This document shows positions 54,510 to 64,000 of a stretch of 64,000 nt of DNA, one piece after another (position 1 is the stretch's first letter; each line of letters begins with the position of its first letter). Origin of the DNA: Penicillus capitatus (Eukaryota; Plantae; Chlorophyta); assembly GCA_965649825.1 (NCBI GenBank), contig OZ287703.1, forward strand, positions 248,001 through 312,000, written 5' to 3'. The position numbers were made by a program, and so were the translations under genes. The notes below the pieces were generated by a model, which saw nothing but the letters and a program-made list of their open reading frames with translations, did not search any database and was not told the DNA's origin.

Positions 54510-57289
54510 CTACCAATCGAAGTTATCGGCATGGACACGACGTGACGGACGCCCTCGACCGCCAGAATTTCTGTCGCCAAATCTCGATCGATTCGATCGA
54601 TTGAACTTCGAACGACGATCGTGGGAGGATTCGCCGCGACTGTAAAAACTGTCGACATCGACGTCGTCGTCGAAATCGTCATCATCATCGCTTTGTTGAC
54701 GGAATCTCGAAGTTCGATCCGTGAAGGATCTGCCTCGACGGGGAAAACTGCTGCCATCGTCGTTGTCGCCATAGCCAAAATCATTCCATCGGTCTCGCTG
54801 GTTACCAAAACGATTGCCGCCGCCGCCGCCACGTGATCTGTTACCTCTAGGACTCCGGAAGCCAGATCTGCCGCCAAAACGGTTGCCACGATTCGTCGCG
54901 CGTTCCGGAGGACAGTTAGCGACGATGTGATCGAGACTGAGCGCTTTCGGGCGATCCACTTGGATGCCATTGAGTTTAGGATTCTTGACGGATGCATTTT
55001 GCAATAACTGCATCGCGGCAGCAGCGGGGAGATCGACCATTGCTCCAGTCTTCTGCGCCGCTCTGTCCTCGATCAGCTCGTGGCTACCAATGTCCTGCGA
55101 CTTGATCTCTTTATCCAGCAACTCCGACAGCGTGTGCAAGATTTGGCCGAAGCCATTGAGGCGTCCAGGTCGTGCCAGTATCCGAATGGTAACATATCCG
55201 GTCTTTTGCGTCAGCAGACTGCGTGGCTGCGGTACGTGGGTGAAACCACTCATGGTAGCCAGCGCCGCCGCCAGTACCTTTGATCCGTCGCTCTGTTGTA
55301 ACATCTTCTCGGCGGCCGGTTTAAAAAATTCGACCACTTCTGGTGTCACCTTAACCATCTTGTCCAAGAGACCTTTGGTCGATGCCTGCATGACATCTCT
55401 GGGATTGGGCGGTCCAATCATCTCGATGTCGGTTTGACTGGCACGGATGATTTTGTGAAAGGACGCTACTTCTGGCTTCGTCACCATCACCAGCGTAGTC
55501 CCTTGCTTTCCAGCACGACCTGTTCGGCCACTGCGATGCACAAAACTCTCATGCGTCTAAACAGAAACGACAGGAGTGAGGGATCTGGATGGCGATCAAG
55601 TGGTACGCACTTGGGGGCAGTCGTAATGGACGACCAGATCCACGGATGGAATATCGAGACCCCGTGCCGCAACATCTGTCGCAACGAGGCACGAGAACTG
55701 CCCGTTCCTGAATCTTGCCAAAGTCATTTCTCTCGACGACTGGCCAATGTCTCCGTGCAACACGGCACTGGATACGACTTTACCAGCCACGGCATAAACG
55801 ACATCCGCTTCGCGTTTTGTCTGTGTAAAAACGATGCTCTGCTTTCCGGCAGCATAGGTCGATAAAAGATCCCCCAGCATCTTCCGTTTTGAATCGCTCT
55901 GTACCAGGATACCCAATGCCTTGATGGTATCCGAGATCTTTCCGGTGCCTTCGTCGCCCAAGAGATCCACGATGAGTTGATTGGACAGGTACTTCCTTGC
56001 CACTTTGCGAACCCATGCAGGCAGCGTCGCTGAAAACAACATCGTCTGTTTCTCTTTCGGCGTATATGCCAAGATCTTTTCCATGTCTTCCTCAAAACCC
56101 ATATCCAACATCTGGTCCGATTCATCCAGAATAGCAAATCGAATCTGCAACGAACGAACGTGTAGAGGCACGGTACTGCGGCAGGCTAACCGCAGAGAGA
56201 TCGAGTGCGCGTTGCTCGGCGAGATCGATGAGTCGACCCGGTGTGCCCACGGCCACATCCACGCCTTTTTTGAGATCCTCGAAATTGGTCATGCGGGAGA
56301 CACCTACAGAGATCCGAATGCAGTAATCCCTCACTCGCTCCATTTAAGAATCGGCATCCTTTCGCCGTCGCACCTCCGTAGAACGATTTGACCGACAGGG
56401 CGGGGCAGATGGACTGAAATTCGCGGCACACTTGGTTTGCTAACTCCCTCGTCGGCGTAATCACAATCGCACGAGGTGATCGCCGAGAAGATTTCCGATT
56501 GCCAGACTGTTTGTCCTCCTGGTCACCATTCTTGTAAAAAGAGCGATGATAAGACGGGTCATGTCCCACCCACCTTAAGCAGATTCTCCACGACAGGAAT
56601 GGCAAAAGCCAACGTTTTGCCGGAGCCCGTTTTGGCCCGACCAATAAGATCCCTTCCTTTCATGGCAGGATCGAAAACGTGCTTCTGAATAGGAAACAGC
56701 GCTGTGATGTTACGTTTCGCCAAAGCCGCCAACGTATCGGATGACAGTCCACAATTCTTAAGCTGCACACGAACGAACAAACAAACAAACACAACTCTCA
56801 GCACAGTCAAGCGTTTCACCGAGGAGTGAACGCACCAAGAGGGACTCGTCGGTCTTGTCTGCCTGGACTTGAAGCAGATCTTCATCAGCTTCCGCCTCGG
56901 AGGCGGGATCGTCGATCTCCGACTCGCTCGCCGAATCCACGCTGCGGACAAGATGCTCTAACGCTTCTTTCTCTTCGGTTTCGGACTCTTCCGCAGCATT
57001 CGGCGTCTACAACGCAGGATCTTTCTTTCATGCCACGTCTTTGTGTACGCTACCCTACCGCCACAGAGCTGAAGGCCTCGGAGGAGACTCCATTAAAAGA
57101 GACGCAGTTGGCACGAAGAAATCCAAGCGCCGTCTGGTGACGCATCCATGTGACGGACGGCCCTCGGGCAGCCGTTGAGGCACGGCGCGTCCATTTCGTC
57201 AGCGACACAGCACTGAGTTTGCACGACCTCACAGTGTTTTCGAGAGGAGACGCCGATCCGACGGCGCACCGCACGCCGCTCGTCCTCAT
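54510..57289 (-). CDS. DEAD-box RNA helicase, RH3/DDX21-like with GUCT-type C-terminal region and RGG tail; organellar
   Basis: LFPIQ (Q motif), AKTGSGKT, PTRELANQ, LDESD, SAT, ATDVAARGLDIP, HRSGRTGRAG and PRSLLT. Transit-peptide-like first exon. Confidence 0.92.
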
Positions 57290-57600
57290 TCCCCTCCGAA
57301 CAAACACCGCGAAGGTGCGACCGACTGCCGTGGAGGAATTCGTGGTGACAGGAGGGAGAGAAAACGGAGGCGATCGATGCGCACGATGTTCGTTATGATG
57401 ACAAGACGCTGAGTCCTATCATTGCCATCCGCAGAGGCCTGTCTGCGTCGATACACGACAGCAGCAGTCCGAGACGCATAAAGAGACACGGTCAAGATCC
57501 GACGGGTACAGGGACTGCATAGGTGCAGCACCTCGACGGGACGCGGCCTTTGTTTCTCGACAGGATTTCAGGCCGACATGGATCGATTGATAGTCGTGGT

Positions 57601-58736
57601 ATGGGATACAACGGTTGGCGCTGCATTTTTTATCGCAAAGAATCTGTTGTCGGCCACTCTTCGAAGGGCGGTCCGTTTTCTCGACAGAGGATGGTCTTCA
57701 CATGCATGTCGTCTTTTCGGACGGAGACGTTTGGGTCAGATGCTCAGTTAAGTATGGAAGAGCGAGTGTGTTCTGTCGTCGCGGCGGTGGGGAACGCCTC
57801 ACGCAGTGTGGAACCTTCGGATGATGTGCCTTCCTTGCAGCCACCTAAGCCTGTCGTCTCTGTCAAGAAGCTCGGTATAGAGCGCAGGATATGCGAGTAC
57901 AGAGACATCTGTTTTTATGGGCGCAGGTCGTGTGAAGCGCCAGTGGCGTAACCGAAGGGGAGCAGCAAGTGTTTCCTCTGTTGGTACGTTCGAGGCGCCA
58001 GAACAAGTGCTGTGCTCGAGAAGTTGCTCATTTCCTGAGGATACAAACGATCGGGAAAATCCCTTGCGTTCTTCGCTGAAGAATACTCAAGACAAGTGTG
58101 ACCTCACCTGTCCCATCATTCTCACACTCAAAGCGACGGTGCCTGTGCAGCAAGGATATGAACAAGCTGTGTCATCACAGCTGCGAAACGACGCAGACAC
58201 TTGATTCAACGACATACACAGTTGCTCCAATGCACCACGAAGCACACGTGCCGTTGCCACACGTATGTCTAGAGAGATAGATGTCAAAGGATCCTTCCTC
58301 TAAGCTCCATCGCTGTTTAGGGCATCGAGAGTGGCGAAGTGGCTATGGATAAAACAAGGAAGACGGGCATCAAACGTCTGACAGGCTACGCGGATTCATT
58401 TGAGCAGCATCTTGATACGATTCATTCAGCGAACGATGGAGATGTCTACGATCTGAACACGATCTACAGTCCGACTTCGAAGCCCCATGAACTGTAAGTT
58501 CGTCTGATCTTTTAGATCGACCCTGATCCGGATGATCGGATAGGAACTTGAATCAGCAAGAAGTGCAGTTTGCTGAGGAGAAGGATGTTCATCTGGATAC
58601 TAGACAGAGATGCTCGCTCTTCTCTTTCTGGTTGCCACTGCGATGCATCAATTTTGTTCACCTTCTGCGATCTGGGTTGACGAAACTCGACAGCATGAAG
58701 TCATCTTCCAAGACAAATGCCGGCGGCCGTTGTTAA
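57601..58736 (+). CDS. Hypothetical low-complexity protein
   Basis: Several plus-strand ORF pieces can be joined by plausible GT-AG introns. No recognisable domain. Confidence 0.4.
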
Positions 58737-59615
58737 CCCCTTCGGTGGCGACTCAGATGGATGGAATGGCCATGGCAGATGCATAGGGGCTGTGGACCAT
58801 GGTCACTTAGTGGAGGGAGGGTTGCTGACATCCACCATCTAATGCTCTTTCATTTCTCTAAAGACAATGCTGTTGCTGTGGCTAACTAGTGGCCTTCCTC
58901 CTCTCAACGATAATAAGGTGCGTGCGCAATGAAAGACGATTAACGAATTTGGTGCCGAGAACATCTGTGGTACCTACCTCTTCCGCGTTCCCATTTCTTA
59001 TACTGTCTCTCCAAATAACTTCGACTCGCCTTTTGTTCGATGTATCATGTTTTCTCCTGTCTCGTATAGTATTGTCAATAATTCGCGGCCTCTCTGTGAT
59101 CTGTCAGCATATGCAATGGATGCGTTGAGTTTAGGTGCCTCATGTTCATTGATCACTTTTCACTCCAGAGAGAGAATAGGTATCTTGCATGACGCTAGAG
59201 AATTGCTTTTGCGATGTTCAAGTTCTGAGGAGCATGACTCTCAGGAAATTTCTCGTTCTTACACGACACCTTGTGAGCTATGTTATTGTCGTTGTCAGTC
59301 GCCATTGTAACGGTCGAGGTTCCTTTGTCGCTGTCGCTGTCACGGCTTGAGGATCGTTCGTTTCAGAGACGTTAACTTCCACAGGCATTACTTGCTATCG
59401 TCTGAACCATTTGCCTCAGAAGTCTCAGATACTGCTGCAGTTCAGACAATTGCGTTTTCAGTGACCTCCTAGAAGAAAAGAGAGAAAACGTGAAGTTTCC
59501 GTTCTCAATTCGCGACTTCCACTCAGGTTCGTTCCTCCACTCACTGTGAATTTCATGCGGAACGTCTAAGGGTTGAGGTTTTTGTAGCTGAACGGAAAAG
59601 GTCTTCGAGGAAAAG

Positions 59616-60854
59616 ATGTCTCGCGTCCTACTCGCAAGTGCACTACTGAGCCTATTGGTTATCTCTTCGTTCGCCGAGTCCTTCGAAACTCGTAGAAATC
59701 GACTTTCATTGTGTTTAAGTGGACGACACGCCGCGGATGTTTAGGTCGCGTGGACGTACGTTCGCTACTACAACAGAAGAAAGGGAAAGGCGGTGGCAAG
59801 GGTAAAGAAACCCCCACAAAGGAAAACGCCGTAAAAGAAGGAGAAAAAGTCAGCAAAGCCGAAGCCAGAGCGAAAAAGGCCGAAGAAATTCGCGAGGAGA
59901 AGGCGTTACAGGCATTTGCCCGTCAAGAAAAGAGACGCCAAAAAGAGAAAGAAGAAGTACTAAAGAGAGCAAATAAGGAAGCGGAGGTCGAACTGACAAA
60001 ATTCAACAAAGCATGTGCGACCGTTAACAACGGTGTTCATTTTTGACTTGTCTTTGCAGTGAGCGAAGAGGATCAGATTAAAGTATTCGTGAATCTGTGG
60101 AGAAATGCCAGAGGTCCGACCATCCTCATCCTGTTGACAAAGCTCATTTCCTCCTCAAAATCGTCCGCTGCGTCGTACACTCAAGGTGTGGATGTGGCCT
60201 CGATGGCGGCGGCGGTTGAGGGTGTGACTGTGTAGTTGTGGCGGATTCTATGCTGGAGGCTCAGAGAAAAGGATTTTCCTTTCAAATTTCGGACGGCCTC
60301 TCGGCTGCCTTAACTATTGTAGAAAACGAAGAAGATGGGGAGCCACTTCTTGATGCCGTCATGCTCAACATGAGGGCCAAGAACGGCGCCAAGAAAGGAA
60401 GTGGTTGTACCTACGTCAAGAATCTTTTTGAAGGTCCTTCATCTCTTGTCCTTCTCCTGCAGCGCCTTGATCGATGTCGTGCTCAGATTCGGAGACAATT
60501 GCCATGGAGAATGGCTACGAGATGGCTTTCACACGCGCTTTCGACGACGATGAGTATCTACCGATCGCCGAGTGTTTCTATGCGCCGTGTGACAAGGCTG
60601 CTCTCGCTTGCTGTAAGGACAACAAAGCTATATCGACAGGCAGCTGCAACTGTGATAAGAAAGAGCCCAATATATGTGACTTCAACCTGTTCCTCCATGC
60701 ACCGCGTCCAATTTGGAAATGCAACAGTGAATCCTGTTCCGTCCAGAAATGCCTATGTCCCTTCGTCAAAACGAAGAAAGCGCAGCCTAAGGGAAAGGGA
60801 CCAGCCAAGGGCAAGGGCAAGCCGAAGAGAGGCAAGAAGGCCAAGAGGACGTAA
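59616..60854 (+). CDS. Putative secreted protein: signal peptide, Lys/Glu-rich helix, Cys-rich C-terminal domain and Lys-rich tail
   Basis: Starts MSRVLLASALLSLLVISSFAES. The last exon carries about 11 Cys (ECFYAPCDKAALACC...CNCD...C...C...C...CLCP) and ends KGKGPAKGKGKPKRGKKAKRT*. The internal exon structure is approximate. Confidence 0.6.
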
Positions 60855-61449
60855 AGCGTCCCGCCGCCACTTGTCGATGGTCCTTGGCAAAGCGGGGGTG
60901 AAAATGACTTTCATACCTCCTCTGTTTGATGATGCGGTGCAACGTTTGGCATGGATCTCTCTTGTCATGTTCTTTAAACACGATTGAATCGAAGCAATAG
61001 TCTGCCCGACTTCATCTGCTGTTCTTGACTTTAAGATGACGATGACAACCAAGCCAGTCTTAGCTCATGGTTCTGCATGTTCGTGACTTGCATTCTCTCG
61101 AACACCTTAAGATGACAGACAATACGAGACGTACTGTGTAAAGTCTCAATTGAGTTTCTGACGACGATTCGACGACGCCTCGCGAATGCGATGAGCCACA
61201 GAGAGCACGCATTGATTAAGGCATTTATAATCCATCCAGAATTTCTCGTCCTTTGCGGTAAGTACTAGGCAATGTCCATAACGTTCATCAGCTAAATAAG
61301 ATTCCACGCAGCTGGTGTGTTTTGAAACAAACAGGTGAAAGGAAATGCAGATCGTTAGAGAATAACCAAAATTTATGCCGAAGCTGGAAGTGTGCGAGAA
61401 TTCGCCGCAGACATGCATCCTGAATCACCTCCATGTGCAGCCAGCCCAC

Positions 61450-62557
61450 TCAGGCATTGAAGAGCAATAGAGATGCGGCCATTACGGCCATGCCGACAAA
61501 AACACTCCATGTGACGTATTTGTCTTCCGGATCATACATCAGCGCCGTCGGTATCAATTCTCGCACAGAGATATATACCATGATTCCGGCGACGAGGCCA
61601 AAGAGAACAGCATACGCCAGATCTCCCATGTTCGAGAGCACCACCCATCCAAAGATGGCGCCAATCGGCTCAGATACACCGGAAAGGAATGCCCAGAAGA
61701 ATCCCCACTTTCGAGATTTCGTGGCGTAGAACACCGGCATCGCCACGACGATGCCTTCTGGGATATTGTGCAGAATGATGGCGATGGCGACCGTCGCACC
61801 AGCCGTTGGATCTGCCAGAGTTGCGACGAAGGTGGCAAGACCTTCTGGAAAGTTGTGCAGCGCAATGGCCAAGCCACTCATAATCCCCACACGTTGCACG
61901 TGCTGGACATGCGGATCTTCGGCCATTGCTCTTTCGCAACTTTGTGCACCGCATGGATCCACAGAAGAGGACTGCAAACGCGACAAATTCTGTTTGATGA
62001 CAAGACGGCTACAAATGGTTGTGTACCTGATGACGGACAGTGCCCATTTCCATATCCTCACAGGCTGTATCTTTGACAGGGAGTTGCATTTGCGGCTCGT
62101 GCTTCGTGAGCTCTTCCTTTAGAGAAGGATGGTGGCCATGGTCGCAGAAAAAGTGGACCATGGCATTTAGAATGGCTGTGAGACTGATGCCAGCGAAGAA
62201 ACATAGTGTGGCATATCTCATGGCCTCGTTGTCGCTGTATCCGTGGTCTGTAAAATCGTCGACCGACTTGATAAGGAAGATCTCGCCGAAGGACACGTAT
62301 CTAGCGATTGGCCTCCGTCAAGGCGGACGAGCACAAAGAGAGGTACGCGTACATCATGACGCCGGCAGAAGATCCGAGAGCGACAGCGAGGACACGTTTG
62401 TCTGCCAGTCTCGTGCAAAACGTCAACGAGGCACCGATGAGGGTGGAGAATCCCGCGGCGATGACCAGTCCAAACGCCAACGCCACGTCCGAGCCAGTCT
62501 CGAGACCCTATACATACACCGACTCCCAATTTTCCGAAGCGTCTCTCACAGTACCAT
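61450..62557 (-). CDS. ZIP-family metal transporter, ZupT/ZTP29 type (copy 1)
   Basis: AGFSTLIGA, SAGVMM-YVSF, ALHNFPEGLATF, ILHNIPEG, SGVSEPIGA, MVYISVRELIP. The first coding exon appears to be only the ATG (62555-62557), followed by a 47-nt intron. Confidence 0.93.
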
Positions 62558-63802
62558 CTTTTTTTGTGTAAGCAACAGAGGCAGAACGTTTCGCGGGAAA
62601 GCAGCAGTGAACAGTTTCGACCGGAAACGCCAACAGCAGAGAACAGCAATGAATGGAGGACCGTCCAAGTGGTGGTGGTAGTGGCGAGATCTTAATGTTG
62701 CGGCAATGTGCGTGTGCCGGACACGCGCTTACAGCTGGACCGCATCAGAACCGTGCGTGCGACAGGCGCGTGTCGCGCATCGATGCACCCGCTTACCTGA
62801 CCGTGCTCTGAACAGGACAGATGCTCAAAATCATGACAAAAGCTAAAGACGACGTCAGTCACACCCACACGCCTTTACACTTCAGAGATTCGCATCGCCG
62901 ACGGGCGTCAAAACGAAGCGCATTCGACGTGTTAATGTCCTGGAGGGTATTTGACTCATGCTCGAGCAAGCAATGAAGATAAAGTACCTAAGGTCTCCGT
63001 CATTCGTCGGCCTTCTATTCGTCGCCGAATGCAATTCTCATTTGCGAAGCTTGACGACGGATTGCCCTTTCGACACTGTCCAACGGCTGGACCTAGGTGA
63101 AACCGCTGCACCATGCCGTTTGTCGAGATATCGAACGCAAGGGGTTGACGCACTGTTCGTTATTCGATGGTCTTTTCCTGGTGCCGTCGTCTATCCTTCA
63201 CTCTTGTGCATATTCGGACGATGCCCACCATGTCCATTTTCTATCAGATCCTGCTTTACAGTGGCAATGGCAAGGTGAAAGAGCAAGAGGCTGCCCGTTC
63301 AATCGCATAACATAAAAAAGACATCCATGGTGGGATCGTCAGAAACGACACCTGTCGTGTCCCTGTGTCCCATCGAACGTTGCGATAGTAGAATGATGCA
63401 GTTATGCACGTTGCTGCAAGAGCCATTTCTTAAACGCCAACCGAAAAGGGACAAAACTCGAGAATCTTACGAATCGCTGCAACGTTTTTGTTTCTCGAAT
63501 ATGTCAAACGAATGAATCCGTCACATCAATAACCTTGCACATGTCTGCGTGCCATCCGCCTTGTTTTCGAAGGAGATAGCACGACATAGTATCCAGAAGG
63601 TCTTGTCAAAGGAAATGAATGTCTGCGATTATGGCTTCGTTCTAACATCATCGTCGGCTCTGAGCACACCAGACAGATATAAGTTATTCATCATGGCATT
63701 TGATGGACTCCTTATGCAACGCCATTCGTTACTCTCGATATCCCGCCAGCAACAGCGATTCTCATGACTATGGCTGACAAGAGCATGCAGAAGTAAACAT
63801 CG

Positions 63803-64000
63803 CTACAAGCTGAAAAGCAGCAAAGAGGCAGCCATGACTGCCATACCGATAAAAACGCTGGCCGTTACGTACTGATCGTTTGCATCAAATTTCAAGGCCG
63901 TTGGAATGAGTTCCCGAATCGAAATGTAGACCATCATGCCTGCCACGACAGCAAACATGATGGCGTATGCCAAGTCTCCCATGTTCGAGAGCACCAGCCA
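63803..64000 (-). CDS. ZIP-family transporter (copy 2, 3' end only; the rest lies beyond the window)
   Basis: LSNMGDLAYAIMFAVVAGMMVYISIRELIPTAL...GMAVMAASLLLF is clearly paralogous to the C-terminus of copy 1. Confidence 0.88.
   Translation of the reverse strand, partial: WLVLSNMGDLAYAIMFAVVAGMMVYISIRELIPTALKFDANDQYVTASVFIGMAVMAASLLLFSL

Noticed and set aside
58740-59600. Intergenic stretch with short ORFs (also 62700-63800)
   Set aside because: No recognisable motifs or consistent splice structure on either strand.

Overview
Gene-dense eukaryotic nuclear DNA from a green alga (Chlorophyta; a siphonous ulvophyte such as Bryopsidales is a guess). It uses the standard code, has very short introns (about 41-68 nt, mostly GT-AG) and carries about 30 genes. 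Recognisable products: methionyl-tRNA formyltransferase, two OPR/RAP-type helical-repeat organellar proteins, two cytochrome P450s, CCDC96-like, an alpha/beta hydrolase, a Rieske-like protein, an MFS transporter, a His-rich CobW/COG0523 GTPase, a GT14/Branch glycosyltransferase, an HMMR-like coiled-coil protein, a TBC Rab-GAP, a BTB protein, P5CR, DVR, an AhpC/TSA-like redoxin, MCM7, a helicase-associated-domain protein, FKBP53-like, a group-I bZIP, an RH3-like DEAD-box helicase and two tandem ZupT-type ZIP transporters. The main structural feature is a ~3.8 kb inverted duplication (about 3571-7379 and 32075-35874) bracketing ~24.7 kb. Each arm carries a P450. The arms are near-identical in flanking DNA and in the enzyme scaffold but strongly different in the introns and substrate-recognition segments. 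Other notable signals are a perfect 31-bp palindrome-rich minisatellite, an excess of CGATCG, an MCM7 lacking its zinc-finger cysteines, and an HMMR/RHAMM-like architecture in an alga. No rRNA, tRNA, CRISPR array or recognisable transposase was found. Exon boundaries and counts were worked out by eye and are approximate.
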